Counted from the stretch's first letter, positions 1-10,900 are shown. The stretch: DNA of 31,191 bases from a candidate division WOR-3 bacterium (GCA_037444665.1 JBBILZ010000030.1:1-31191), one strand, 5' to 3'. Notes: generated by a model not told the origin, from the sequence alone. Made by a program: numbers and translations.

Positions 1-209
1 CGATCAATAATGGCAATACAAGGACAGAGGTCAATCTCAGTTTTAAACCCTACCAGTCATTGCTCTTGAGAGTGGATAAAAATGGCAATTTTAAGTTTGA
101 AGACATAGAATTTGTTCCACCCAGACCATCAATTACCGATATAGATGAACAGAGGAGGAGTTATGGCATTGATGGATATAAGGGAACAGGCAATACGAAG
201 GACGATTAA
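1..209 (+). CDS. 3' end of a hypothetical protein (partial, runs off the left edge)
   Basis: Frame starting at base 3 is open (INNGNTRTEVNLSFKPYQSLLLRVDKNGNFKFEDIEFVPPRP...TKDD) to TAA at 207-209. No recognisable motif. Confidence 0.65.
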   Translation, partial: INNGNTRTEVNLSFKPYQSLLLRVDKNGNFKFEDIEFVPPRPSITDIDEQRRSYGIDGYKGTGNTKDD

Positions 210-358
210 GTGAGTAGTATATGGTTGTAAGGCATAGCAGCCAGTATGGTTATAGGGCATGGTTTATTGGCAAAAAATACACAACTGACGAAAATACTTC
301 TTTTCAATAACTTTAGGTATTTTAAATTTATAGAGGTTGTCCCTACAAAAAATATAAA

Positions 359-380
359 GCCTCATAAATGAGGCAACTAC
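359..380 (-). repeat. GTAG-type REP-like palindrome
   Basis: Minus strand reads GTAGTT-GCCTCAT-TT-ATGAGGC, the same architecture as the copies at 12458-12544. Confidence 0.7.
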
Positions 381-437
381 AAAGATTTTTAAAATATAAA
401 CGAGAATAAATCTAGAGAGACTCGGATAGCAAGTCAA

Positions 438-466
438 TTGACAAATATGCGATTATAATGTATACT
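438..466 (+). promoter_or_regulatory. sigma70-type promoter for a leaderless glmM transcript
   Basis: TTGACA(438-443)-17 bp-TATACT(461-466). ATG follows 5 nt later with no SD. Confidence 0.75.
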
Positions 467-471
467 ATATT

Positions 472-1809
472 ATGTCTATTATATTCACCATCTCTGGTCT
501 CAGAGGAATTGCGGATAAAGACCTGAACCGCAATACAGTCTATTACTATGCAAAGGTTTTCGCAACCTATTTAAAAGCAAAAAAACTGGTCGTAGGCTGT
601 GATACAAGGCGGTCCAACCATTCTCTTGTCAATGGCGTGATTGAAGGCATCAGGGCTGCGGGTTGTAGTATAATCAATATCGGAATAGTGCCCACACCAA
701 CTGTTGTTTTTATGGTGCGCAGATTGAAGGCAGATGGAGGAATAATGGTTACTGCGAGTCATAATCCACCTGAATGGAATGGATTAAAATTTATCTCTGC
801 GCGCGGTGAATTTATAAATGAAAAAGAATTTATTGAGTTTTCGGAAAAAATAAATTATTTCAAGGATGCCGCTCAAAAAAAATTATACAAAATTAATAAT
901 AGTATTGGTAAAGATTATAAATATGGTTTTTATGAGCATATCAAAAAAATTATTAACCATTTTCGGTTGCGTAATATTGGTTTGAGAATAGGGGTTGATG
1001 GAGTTGGTGGAGCAGGTGCTGAAGCATTGCCGATGCTTCTTGAAAAAGCAGGGTGCAAGGTCTATAAAATACATTGTAAATTCAAGTCGGATTTTCCGCG
1101 TCCTCCTGAACCAACACCAGAAAATATATCACACCTTTGTGCACTTGTGGCAGAGAAGAAATTGGACTTAGGATTTGCCCTTGACCCGGATGGCGACAGA
1201 TTATCCATCGTTGATGACAATGGCATTGCTATTGGTGAGGAAAAGACTCTGGTGCTGGCGACCGATTATATGTTAAGCAGAAAAAGGGGTGCGGTAGTGA
1301 CCAATCTCTCTACTACCAGCTTGATGGATTATATCACAAAAAAATATCAATGTCGTCTCTACCGAACAAGGATTGGTGAGGTGAATGTTGTAACAGAAAT
1401 GAAAAAAGTTAATGCAATTATTGGTGGTGAAGGAAATGGCGGTGTTATATATCCCGCGATAAACTCTACGCGTGATGCATTAACCGGTGCAGGTATTATC
1501 TTAAAATTTTTATACACAACAAAAAAATCCATCTCAGAAATTGTCCGTACATATCCTGAATATTATATGATTAAAGATAAGATATATTTATCCACGGCAC
1601 AATTTGAAAAAAAGAAAGGTCTGGTGCTCAAAAAATTTAAGGGTGATATAAATACTACTGATGGTATAAAAATATCTACAGATGAATACTGGCTCCATCT
1701 TCGGCTTTCAAACACCGAGCCTCTGGTGCGTATCATTGCTGAAGGAAGGGACAGAAGGCATATTGTCGACATTATTAAACAAGTGAAGGCTATCCTTAAA
1801 AATAGTTAA
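472..1809 (+). CDS. glmM: Phosphoglucosamine mutase / alpha-D-phosphohexomutase family
   Basis: TASHNP phospho-Ser loop, DPDGDR metal loop, GGEGNGG sugar loop, RLSNTEP; 445 aa. GlmM versus PMM/PGM specificity is not certain. Confidence 0.8.
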   Translation: MSIIFTISGLRGIADKDLNRNTVYYYAKVFATYLKAKKLVVGCDTRRSNHSLVNGVIEGIRAAGCSIINIGIVPTPTVVFMVRRLKADGGIMVTASHNPPEWNGLKFISARGEFINEKEFIEFSEKINYFKDAAQKKLYKINNSIGKDYKYGFYEHIKKIINHFRLRNIGLRIGVDGVGGAGAEALPMLLEKAGCKVYKIHCKFKSDFPRPPEPTPENISHLCALVAEKKLDLGFALDPDGDRLSIVDDNGIAIGEEKTLVLATDYMLSRKRGAVVTNLSTTSLMDYITKKYQCRLYRTRIGEVNVVTEMKKVNAIIGGEGNGGVIYPAINSTRDALTGAGIILKFLYTTKKSISEIVRTYPEYYMIKDKIYLSTAQFEKKKGLVLKKFKGDINTTDGIKISTDEYWLHLRLSNTEPLVRIIAEGRDRRHIVDIIKQVKAILKNS

Positions 1810-1871
1810 CAAATATGTAAATGGATTTGTCGCATTAACCTATTCTGAATGATTTTCTGAAAGTAATCACC

Positions 1872-1899
1872 TTGACAAATTGGATAATTCGGATAGAAT
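1872..1899 (+). promoter_or_regulatory. sigma70-type promoter for folK-dNK-panB-queF
   Basis: TTGACA(1872-1877)-16 bp-TAGAAT(1894-1899); ATG at 1907. Confidence 0.7.
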
Positions 1900-1906
1900 T
1901 GAAAAG

Positions 1907-2389
1907 ATGGAAAAAATTTATCTCCTCATAGGAACAAATATCGGTGATTTAACAGAAAATTTAAAAAATGCCCTTGAACAACTGAATAGAAATAATATTA
2001 AAATTTTAAAAAAATCAAAAATATATAAAACAAAACCCTGGGGAAAGACTGAGCAACCCGATTTTTTAAATATTGCCGTAGAAGTAGAATCACCATTTAC
2101 TCCAGAAGAACTTTTAAAAAAAATAAAAGAGATTGAAAAGAATATGAAAAGAGAACCTGCTGAAAAATGGGGTCCAAGAATTATTGATATAGATATTCTG
2201 TTCTATGGCACAAGGCAGATAAATCAACCAGACTTGGTTATTCCACACCCACAATTTTTTAATCGTCCCTTCGCAATAATCCCAATGGCAGAGATTGCGC
2301 CTGACTTTATCCCGCCTTTTTCGCGAAAAAAAGTTAAGGAATTGATTTCAGGAGAGATGAATGAAGGAATTACGGTATATTGCAATTGA
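1907..2389 (+). CDS. folK: 2-amino-4-hydroxy-6-hydroxymethyldihydropteridine diphosphokinase (HPPK)
   Basis: IGTNIGD, QPDFLN, WGPRIIDIDIL, PHP...RPF motifs. Start moved from TTG 1880, which lies inside the promoter, to ATG 1907. Confidence 0.95.
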   Translation: MEKIYLLIGTNIGDLTENLKNALEQLNRNNIKILKKSKIYKTKPWGKTEQPDFLNIAVEVESPFTPEELLKKIKEIEKNMKREPAEKWGPRIIDIDILFYGTRQINQPDLVIPHPQFFNRPFAIIPMAEIAPDFIPPFSRKKVKELISGEMNEGITVYCN

Positions 2390-2990
2390 AGGAGTAATTG
2401 GGGCTGGCAAAACTACTCTTGCCAAAGGGCTGGCAAATAAATTTCATGCAGGATTAATCCTTGAAGAATTTGAAGAAAACCCTTTTCTTGCAAAATTTTA
2501 TTCAAATCCATCACATTATGCCTTTCATACCCAGTTGTATTTTTTGATCTCAAGATACCGTCAACAAAGAAAGATTAATCAAATGGACCTTTTCCATTCT
2601 CGTTTGGTGAGTGATTATCTTTTTGCCAAAGACAGAATTTTTGCTGAAGTAAATCTAAATGAAGATGAATTTGCCCTTTATGACAAAATCTATTCACTTA
2701 TTGCAAATGAAATACCAAAACCCGATGTGGTCGTGTATCTGCAATCAACGCCAGACATATTATACAAAAGAATAAAACAGAGAAACAGATCTTATGAACA
2801 TAATATTGAATTTGATTATATTACAAAATTGTGTGAGGCATATAATTCATTCTTTATACACTACAATACGAGTCAACTCTTGATTGTAAACATCAATGGC
2901 TTTGACTTTTTGACGAGCAGTGACCTTGACCTGCTTTATCAGGAAATTATCCAATTAAAAACTCCAAGAAAAATTATCTCAAAAGAATGA
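2361..2990 (+). CDS. Deoxynucleoside kinase (dNK/Dck/Dgk family)
   Basis: IAIEGVIGAGKTT P-loop, ENPFL..FY, QLYFL..R, RIKQRNRSYE lid; GGAG SD upstream. Confidence 0.92.
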   Translation: MKELRYIAIEGVIGAGKTTLAKGLANKFHAGLILEEFEENPFLAKFYSNPSHYAFHTQLYFLISRYRQQRKINQMDLFHSRLVSDYLFAKDRIFAEVNLNEDEFALYDKIYSLIANEIPKPDVVVYLQSTPDILYKRIKQRNRSYEHNIEFDYITKLCEAYNSFFIHYNTSQLLIVNINGFDFLTSSDLDLLYQEIIQLKTPRKIISKE

Positions 2991-3778
2991 TTACTACAGA
3001 GACAATTCTATTAATGAAGCAAAAGAAAGAAAAGATTGCCTGTCTTACGGCCTATGATTATCCCACAGCAAAAATCCTTGATGAAGTGGGTGTTGAAATA
3101 ATTCTGGTCGGTGATTCTGCGGCAAATGTTGTCGCCGGTGAAAAGACAACTTTGCCTATTACAATGTCTGACATGCTCTATCATACAAAAGTAGTTGCCC
3201 GTGCAGTAAAGAATGCACTGGTCATTGCTGATATGCCATTTCTTTCCTATCAGTGTAGTATTGATGAAGCAGTAAAGAATGCTGGTAGTTTTTTAAAGGT
3301 GGGCGCCGCAGGTGTAAAAGTGGAAGGTGCTGGACCAATAGTTGAAAAGATTGAAAGGTTTGTAAAATTGGGGATTCCCGTGATGGGGCATCTTGGCCTC
3401 ACGCCCCAATCAATCCATAAATTTGGTGGTTATAGATTGCGTGGAAGGACAAAAAAAGAAGCAGAGCAGATACTCAGTGATGCAAAAAAACTTGCTGATG
3501 CCGGTTGTTTTTCAATTGTTCTGGAAAAAATTCCTGCACCGCTGGCAAAAAAGATTACCCGCGCCTTGTCCATCCCTACAATTGGTATTGGTGCAGGTCC
3601 TTATTGCGATGGACAAATTTTAGTATTGCACGATATGCTCGGCATTTATGAAGATTTTGTTCCCAGATTTGTAAAGCAGTATGCACAGATTGGTGCGGAA
3701 ATACGGCGGGCAGTGAAAAATTATATTAAAGAGGTTAAATCAGGTATTTATCCTGATAAAAATCATTACTTTTTATAA
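2987..3778 (+). CDS. panB: 3-methyl-2-oxobutanoate hydroxymethyltransferase
   Basis: LTAYD, ILVGDS, ADMPFLSY, GHLGLTPQS, GIGAG..CDGQILV.HD; ATGA overlap with dNK. Confidence 0.97.
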   Translation: MITTETILLMKQKKEKIACLTAYDYPTAKILDEVGVEIILVGDSAANVVAGEKTTLPITMSDMLYHTKVVARAVKNALVIADMPFLSYQCSIDEAVKNAGSFLKVGAAGVKVEGAGPIVEKIERFVKLGIPVMGHLGLTPQSIHKFGGYRLRGRTKKEAEQILSDAKKLADAGCFSIVLEKIPAPLAKKITRALSIPTIGIGAGPYCDGQILVLHDMLGIYEDFVPRFVKQYAQIGAEIRRAVKNYIKEVKSGIYPDKNHYFL

Positions 3779-3786
3779 GGAGATGA

Positions 3787-4173
3787 ATGGCTGATTATAC
3801 ACAAAAACATGCGGTCGCTGGGTTGAAAACAAAGTTGCCCGAAATGGAAGTACTTCCCAATCAATTTAAAAATTATAAAATAACAATTGTAATTCCCGAA
3901 TATTCATCAGTCTGCCCGAAGACCGGCTTGCCTGATACTGGAACAATTACAATTGAATACGAACCCAACAAATACTTCGTTGAACTAAAATCATTAAAGA
4001 TGTATATTCTTGCCTACCGAAATTTAGGCATTTTTTATGAAAATGCAGTGAATAGAATATTTCAGGATTTTGTCAGGGCAGTAAAGCCCCGCTGGGCAAT
4101 TGTGCGTGGTGAATTCAATCCGCGTGGCGGAATAAAAACAGTTGTTGAAGTTAAAACACCAAATACGAAATAA
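3787..4173 (+). CDS. queF: NADPH-dependent preQ0 reductase (short, type I QueF)
   Basis: CPKTGLPD catalytic motif, ELKSLKMY, FYE, FNPRGG; AAGGAG SD. Confidence 0.93.
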   Translation: MADYTQKHAVAGLKTKLPEMEVLPNQFKNYKITIVIPEYSSVCPKTGLPDTGTITIEYEPNKYFVELKSLKMYILAYRNLGIFYENAVNRIFQDFVRAVKPRWAIVRGEFNPRGGIKTVVEVKTPNTK

Positions 4174-4186
4174 ATTCGCTAATCTC

Positions 4187-4214
4187 TTGCCAGTTTGGTT
4201 TTTTTTGTTATAAT
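4187..4214 (+). promoter_or_regulatory. Extended -10 sigma70-type promoter for leaderless greA
   Basis: TTGCCA(4187-4192)-16 bp-TATAAT(4209-4214), with TGn before the -10. ATG follows 6 nt later with no SD. Confidence 0.7.
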
Positions 4215-4220
4215 AAATTT

Positions 4221-6281
4221 ATGATAGAGAAGTTGATTAAGTGCATTGAAGAAAAGAAGTTTTCAGAATTAGAAGACCTCTGGTTTGAATTATTAGAAAA
4301 CGATAAGATGCCCATTGAACAATATCTACAAGCAGCAGATAAACTGAAAGAAATTAAAGAGTCTGCCCGTGCCTTTACACTCCTTGAAATCCTTGCGAGC
4401 CACCTTGAAAATCTGGGAAAGATTGACAGTGCAATTAAAGTATATAAGCATATGGTTTTCTTTACCAACAATGACCGGCAAATCAGAAAGGCGATAGTAA
4501 ATTTATACAAGAAAAGATACAATGATAATCCAAGACTTGAAAAATTTATTGAACTTTCCGGGTTGGAAAAGGGTGAGCACTTTTTTAAAAGTGTTGAACG
4601 TATTGAAGAATTCTTGAAATTTGATATTGGCAGGTTGTTCTATTTTGACCGTTATGGTATTGGTGAAGTCATTGCAATGAATCCAGACAAAAAAGATTTG
4701 GTGCTCAATTTTGAAAAACAGAAGGATTATTATGTAAAATTTGAAGTTGCCCAGGGACTCTTAACACCACTCTCAGAAGAGCATTTTCTTTATAAGAAAT
4801 ACCGAAATATTGAAGAATTAAAAAAAATTTTAAAAGAAGGCCCATTAATACTCATAAAATATCTCCTTAAAAGTTTTAATAAGCCCTTATCCTCCAGTGA
4901 GATAAAAATGCATCTCAGCGGGATTATTGAAGAGAATGAACTGGACAGATTCTGGGAAAGGATTAGAAAACAGTTGGAAAAGGACAGAGAGGTTAAGGTT
5001 GAGACCATAAAAGGGCAAAAGGTTTATCAATATGTTGAAGGTATTGATAAAAAAGAATTCTATCTGAAGCAATTCCAAAAGGCTGATATTGATGCGAAAT
5101 ATAGCCTGACTGAACAATGTGTAAAAAATTTACCCGAGATTGCAGATACGATTCTAACTGCACTCGTTGCAACAGGTAATGAAATTTATAAAGACCATCC
5201 AGCCCGCGCTTTGGATATATACTTTCTCTGCCAGGACCATAAAAAAGAAGGGCTCTCTTATACCCTGGATGACCTTCTACAAGATGACTCTAATGAAAAC
5301 ATATTATTAAATTTAATCAGCATTGACCACAAAATCAGATTACTGGAGATAATTAAACAAAGAGAACCACAGAACTGGCAGACAATTTTTGAAAAGATTA
5401 TGTTCGCGGTTGATGATATTCGGTTGCTGGACAAAATAGAAGAGCAGTTACAAAACTCAGAGTCAGATATAAAAAAGATATATCACACAATTTTTTTGAT
5501 GCCCCAAAAATTTCCAGCTCAATTTCAGTGGTTACTGAAAAAAGTGAGCCAGGGCAAATTATTAGAATTTATTACACCTGCATATCTTGCAAGGCTGGTC
5601 AATAATCTTGGAACGATCAGAGGATTAAAACAACCTTTTTTAAAGGCTATCACCTTAGAAAGATTTGACGATTTAATACAACAGGCAGGCAACCAGGAAG
5701 TGCTGACGATAAGAGATGCCTTTATTAAGTGTTCTGCCCTGAATGCCTATGAAAAAAGTAACTATCTGAAAATCATTGATTTCCATTTTCCTGAACTCCA
5801 GGAAGACAAAAACAATTTTATTTATGCTACATATGAAGCACTCGTAAAGAAAAAAGAAGAATTAGAACAATTGCTTAAAATAGAGATTCCCAAAAATAAA
5901 GAGGAAATCAGCCGGGCAAGGGAATATGGTGATCTAAGCGAGAATTTTGAATACAAGGCAGCAAAAGAGAAACAGGACCAATTATATCAGAAAGTAAGAA
6001 CCATTGAAACAGAACTCCAGCAGGTAAAGATTATTGATTTTAGCAATCTGGATACTTCAAAGGTTTCAGTTGGAACAAAAGTAACATTAAAAGGGCTTCA
6101 AGACCATAATACAATTGATTATACAATCCTGGGACGATGGGAATCAGACCTGAAAAATAATATAATCTCTAATGAATCGCCCCTGGCAAAAGATTCTTTG
6201 CTTAATAAAAAAATAGGTGACAGGATTGAGATTGAAGGAAAGCTCTACGAGATAATCAGTATTGAACCAGCAAAAAAATAG
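4221..6281 (+). CDS. greA: GreA/GreB-family transcription elongation factor with a ~530-aa N-terminal extension
   Basis: C-terminal AREYGDLSENFEYKAAKE coiled-coil tip and IISNESPLA...KKIGD domain; long helical N-terminus. Confidence 0.85.
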   Translation: MIEKLIKCIEEKKFSELEDLWFELLENDKMPIEQYLQAADKLKEIKESARAFTLLEILASHLENLGKIDSAIKVYKHMVFFTNNDRQIRKAIVNLYKKRYNDNPRLEKFIELSGLEKGEHFFKSVERIEEFLKFDIGRLFYFDRYGIGEVIAMNPDKKDLVLNFEKQKDYYVKFEVAQGLLTPLSEEHFLYKKYRNIEELKKILKEGPLILIKYLLKSFNKPLSSSEIKMHLSGIIEENELDRFWERIRKQLEKDREVKVETIKGQKVYQYVEGIDKKEFYLKQFQKADIDAKYSLTEQCVKNLPEIADTILTALVATGNEIYKDHPARALDIYFLCQDHKKEGLSYTLDDLLQDDSNENILLNLISIDHKIRLLEIIKQREPQNWQTIFEKIMFAVDDIRLLDKIEEQLQNSESDIKKIYHTIFLMPQKFPAQFQWLLKKVSQGKLLEFITPAYLARLVNNLGTIRGLKQPFLKAITLERFDDLIQQAGNQEVLTIRDAFIKCSALNAYEKSNYLKIIDFHFPELQEDKNNFIYATYEALVKKKEELEQLLKIEIPKNKEEISRAREYGDLSENFEYKAAKEKQDQLYQKVRTIETELQQVKIIDFSNLDTSKVSVGTKVTLKGLQDHNTIDYTILGRWESDLKNNIISNESPLAKDSLLNKKIGDRIEIEGKLYEIISIEPAKK

Positions 6282-6284
6282 AAA

Positions 6285-6360
6285 TGGCGCCAACGGGAAT
6301 CGAACCCGTAGTCTTCGCCTTGAGAGGGCGATGTCCTGAGCCAGATTAGACGATGGCGCC
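6285..6360 (-). tRNA. tRNA-Glu (anticodon CUC)
   Basis: Acceptor stem GGCGCCA/TGGCGCC, anticodon arm TCGCC-CTCTCAA-GGCGA, T arm ACGGG-TTCGATT-CCCGT, discriminator A. CCA not encoded. Confidence 0.96.
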
Positions 6361-6367
6361 CAGAACA

Positions 6368-6395
6368 ATTATATAAAATCTAAGGCAAAAGTCAA
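6368..6395 (-). promoter_or_regulatory. sigma70-type promoter of tRNA-Glu
   Basis: Minus strand TTGACT(6395-6390)-16 bp-TATAAT(6373-6368), 7 nt before the tRNA 5' end. Confidence 0.75.
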
Positions 6396-6418
6396 GCAAT
6401 GCCCATATTTTTTTACCC

Positions 6419-6447
6419 TTGACTTTTCTTGATTCTAAAAGTATAAT
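6419..6447 (+). promoter_or_regulatory. sigma70-type promoter of rpoN, divergent from the tRNA promoter
   Basis: TTGACT(6419-6424)-17 bp-TATAAT(6442-6447). Confidence 0.75.
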
Positions 6448-6461
6448 ATAGGTAGAGATTT

Positions 6462-7826
6462 ATGAGCAATAAAGAAACACATCTTTCTCAAAAACTGGAT
6501 GTTGGCACACATATTTTGCCATCCCTGGTATATTATTTGAAACTGCTGGAAATGCCTAATGTTGAACTTGAGACACTTGTGAGACAGGAACTTGATACCA
6601 ACCCGCTGCTTGAAGAAGTGGAAGATGAAGTTGAAGAGGGGTTAATCGTAAATGAAGACGAAAAATCTGACAATAAAAATAAAAAAGAGGAGTTTGACCT
6701 GCTTGACTTCTATGCCCGCGATGACCTTCCCAATCTTCCTGAACCTGAGGAAGAACAACTGGACCTTTTTGAAAACGCACCGGCAGAGAATGATAAACTA
6801 TATAACCATTTGATGCGGCAGGCAGAGCGTAAATTTACAGGTAAGGATTTAGAACTCGCTGAATTGATTATCTCCAACATTGAAGATGATGGATATCTCA
6901 CTGTGTCACCAGAAGAATTAGTTTATGAAGGGTATAATATAAATGACATTGAGCGAGTAAAAAGAGAGATTCAATTCTTTGACCCGGTAGGTTGTGCATG
7001 GCGGGATGTTCGTGAACCCCTACTGGCGCAGTTGCAAAAACTCGGCTATGCATCTGATTCTATTGAATGTTTGTTAATAAGAGACCATCTAAAAAATTTG
7101 CGGAATGGCAATTTCAAAGAAATTATGGAGAAATTAAAGATTGATGAAGGATGTATTGCACGGGTAAAACAGGTAATAATGAAATTAGACCCGAAACCGG
7201 GGTTACAATATGGTTCTCTAAATTCACCTTATGTGTATCCTGATTTTATTGTTTTCTGGCAGGACAATAATCTGCACGCACGCCTTAATGAAGAAAATGT
7301 CTGCAGAATTAGAATAAGGCGAGATTATCTTGAAAAATGTAATCAAAATGATGAAGAGGCAGAATATGTAAAGCAGAAACTTCGCTCTGCCCAGAATCTT
7401 ATCTTTGCCATTGAAAAAAGGCGAAAGACCTTAACCAGAATCATTAAGGCACTACTGGCCTATCAGAAAGAATATTTTTTAAAAGGGGATAATTTTCTAA
7501 AGTCCATTACAATGGTGGATTTTGCAAAACAATTAGGTGTGAATCCTTCTACAGTCTCTCGTGCAATTGCCAATAAATACCTTGAATCACCGCGTGGAAT
7601 CCATAAAATGAAATCTTTCTTTACTGCTCCAGTGGGCAAGACAGACAAAACATTTATCTTTGAAAAAATTAAAGAAGCAGTTGTTAATGAAGATAAATCC
7701 GTACCCCTGTCTGATAACCAGATTGCCAAAAAATTGGCACGAATGGGTATTATCATTTCCCGTCGCACTGTTGCCAAATATCGGGAAATGCTAAACATCC
7801 CATCCCAGCATTTAAGAAAAGTTTAA
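6462..7826 (+). CDS. rpoN: RNA polymerase sigma-54 factor
   Basis: ELDTNPLLE region I/II, IQFFDPVG, LGVNPSTVSRAIANKY HTH, RpoN box SRRTVAKYRE. Confidence 0.96.
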   Translation: MSNKETHLSQKLDVGTHILPSLVYYLKLLEMPNVELETLVRQELDTNPLLEEVEDEVEEGLIVNEDEKSDNKNKKEEFDLLDFYARDDLPNLPEPEEEQLDLFENAPAENDKLYNHLMRQAERKFTGKDLELAELIISNIEDDGYLTVSPEELVYEGYNINDIERVKREIQFFDPVGCAWRDVREPLLAQLQKLGYASDSIECLLIRDHLKNLRNGNFKEIMEKLKIDEGCIARVKQVIMKLDPKPGLQYGSLNSPYVYPDFIVFWQDNNLHARLNEENVCRIRIRRDYLEKCNQNDEEAEYVKQKLRSAQNLIFAIEKRRKTLTRIIKALLAYQKEYFLKGDNFLKSITMVDFAKQLGVNPSTVSRAIANKYLESPRGIHKMKSFFTAPVGKTDKTFIFEKIKEAVVNEDKSVPLSDNQIAKKLARMGIIISRRTVAKYREMLNIPSQHLRKV

Positions 7827-7856
7827 TTTATTTCATAAGTATCATACCCTTTTCTC

Positions 7857-7884
7857 TTGATTTTTATACATTAATCAGTATAAT
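7857..7884 (+). promoter_or_regulatory. sigma70-type promoter of the tricorn protease gene
   Basis: TTGATT(7857-7862)-16 bp-TATAAT(7879-7884); SD AAGGAG at 7895-7900. Confidence 0.65.
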
Positions 7885-7905
7885 TGTAGAATAAAAGGAG
7901 TAATT

Positions 7906-10900
7906 ATGAAAGGTTATTATAGGTTTCCCAGTATAAATAAGGATACAATCGTGTTTTTATGTGAAGATGATTTATGGGTCGTCTCTTTGAAAAACCCGCT
8001 TGCCCGACGTTTAACTTCCAACCTCGGTAGAATTGCAAATTGTAGCATCTCTCCTGATGGTGAGTATGTATCATTTACCGGAAGGGAAGAAGGTCACTTT
8101 GAAGTCTATTGTATTTCTATTAAGGGCGGTATTGCCCGAAGACTCACATTTCTCGGTAAAAACACAGTGGTAAGGGGCTGGACAAGGGATGGTGAGAGGA
8201 TTATCTTTGCCAGTGATGCAGGACAGTGGTACCCAGGTTTTATGTTTATTTACACAGTTGATAAAAATAAAGATATTCCAAAATTGGTGCCAGTAGGGCC
8301 TGCCCGAACAATCTCTTATGGACCGAAAAAAGGTGTGGTGATCGGTAGAAATACTGCAGACCCGGCACGATGGAAACGGTATCGTGGTGGTACGGTTGGT
8401 GAAATCTGGATTGACCCGAAAGAAAATGGACAATTTAGAAAATTGTTAAATATCAAAGGTAATCTTGCTGACCCGATGTGGGTCGGGAATAGAATCTATT
8501 TTATTTCAGACCACGAAGGTATCGGCAATATCTATTCCTGCACAATTGCGGGTAAAGATTTAAAAAGGCATACCCACCATAGGGATTTTTATGTGCGAAA
8601 TGCCCAGACCGATGGTAAGAATATTGTCTATCATGCAGGCGGTGACCTTTATGTCCTTTTTGTTGATGCTAATAAAATAGAAAAGGTAGAAATAGATTTT
8701 CGGAGTCCCAGAGTTCAGACCCAGCGTAAATTTGTTGATGCACAGAAATATCTTGAAGACTATGCGATATCACCGGAAGGTGGAAAAGTTTGTATTACAA
8801 GTCGGGGCAGGGTCTTCTCTATGCCAAACTGGGAAGGGCCGGTAATGCAAAATGGTTTAAAAAATAATGCCCGGTATCGTTTGGGCAGGTGGCTCTTTGA
8901 TGGAAAAAGAATTGTTGTAGTAAATGATGAAAAAGGTGAAGATGGATTGCAAATATATCATTCAGGTGGAGGTATAACTAATTTGCCTCTGATTGATATT
9001 GGAAGACCAATTGAACTTGAGCCTTCACCTAAAGAGCCATTGATTGCGTTAACCAATCATCGGAATGAATTGATTCTTGTAAACCTAAAATCCAAAAAGC
9101 GAGTAATCCTTGACCGCAGTAAATTCCGTAGAATTGAAGGTATTACCTGGTCGCCTGATGGCAACTGGCTTGCCTATACTTTTTTTGACTCAGATAGAAC
9201 GAGCTGTATAAAACTTGCTAATGTTAAGGAAAAAAAGAGTTATTTTGCTACAAAAAGTGTGCGCTACGATTTTTCACCAAGTTTTGACCCGGATGGTAAT
9301 TACCTTTATTTTCTTTCTGCACGACATTTTGACCCGGTCTATGATACTATCCAGTTTGAACTAAGTTTTCCATCAAACATAAAACCCTATCTCATTCTTC
9401 TAAGAAAGGACATAGAAACACCATTCAAATATAAGAGTTCTGTTCCACCAGCACTTGATACGGGTATGCCCGATCTGGCAAAGGAGATTACAAAACTTCA
9501 GAAAAAAGAAATGAAGATGAAGATTGACCTTGAGGGAATTAATAATAGGGTATTGGCTTTTCCTCTGGCTCCGGGCAACTATACTCAAATCTGGGGTATA
9601 AAAGATAAGGTACTTTATACCATATTTCCTATAAAAGGCGGCAAGGCACAATGGTTTTCTGACGAGTTTCCATCTGATGGCACACTTGAATTTTTTGATT
9701 TTAAAACACAGAAACAAGGGATAATTGTTAATGGGATTGGAAGCTTCAGGGTTTCAACAAAAAATGAAATAATTATCTATCGTTCAAAGAACCAATTGCG
9801 GATAATCAAACCTGTGGAGCAGGTTGAACAGAAATTAGAAAAACAGGCGCCCGGTCCAAAGAGTGGATGGATTGACCTTTCTCGGATAAGAGTGCTTATT
9901 GAACCAAAAGTAGAATGGAAACAGATGTACCGTGATGCCTGGCGTTTGCAAAGGGACCATTTCTGGAACAAAAATATGTCGGGCATTGATTGGAAAAAGG
10001 TCTATGAAAAATATCTACCACTACTTGAGCGGATCGGAACGCGTTCTGAGTTTTCAGACCTGATCTGGGAGATGCAGGGTGAATTGGGAACTTCACATGC
10101 CTATGAATGGGGTGGTGATTATCGCAGCGAGCCACGCTATACACAGGGTTTTCTTGGTGCAGATTTTATCTATGACAAAAAGCACAACGCCTATAAAATT
10201 GTTCGGATTATCAAAGGTGATACCTGGGAAGAGAATGCCTCTTCACCTTTACTGACACCAGGTTTAAATATTAAAGAAGGCGACCTGATATTGCAGATAA
10301 ATGGGGTGAATGTAAATAGCAAGATTCAACCGGGTGAACTCCTTGTAAATCGGGCACAAACCGAGGTTTCCATTACCGTCGCAAATGCAGGTGGTAAAAA
10401 CAAAAGAACCTTTACAGTAAAGACCCTTGTGGATGAGTCTTCTGCCCGATATCGGGAATGGGTTGAAACAAACCGAGAATTTGTGCATCAATTATCTAAA
10501 AATAAAATTGGTTATGTGCATATTCCTGATATGGGACCCTGGGGTTTTGCAGAGTTCCACCGGTATTTTCTCAGCGAAATCAAATATCCGGGATTGATCC
10601 TTGATGTGCGGTTCAATCGTGGTGGACACATCTCTCAATTACTTCTTGAAAAAGTTGCACGAAAGAGGATTGGGTATGATATTACACGATGGGGACAACC
10701 TGAACCATATCCTTTTGAGTCTGTGCTTGGTCCAATTGTTGCCATTACAAATGAATATGCAGGTTCAGACGGCGATATCTTTAGCCATGGATTTAAGTTA
10801 TACAAGATTGGACCGCTCATTGGTAAGAGGACCTGGGGTGGAGTGATCGGTATCTCTCCTTATTACCGACTTTCTGATGGAGGTTTGACCACACAACCTG

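Noticed and set aside
6285..6360. tRNA as an integration site for an island
   Set aside because: No integrase and no duplicated tRNA 3' end seen; the flanks are housekeeping genes.
6503..6520. sigma54 -24/-12-like TGGCAC...TTGC
   Set aside because: It lies inside the rpoN coding sequence, and the spacing is 7 nt rather than the required 5.
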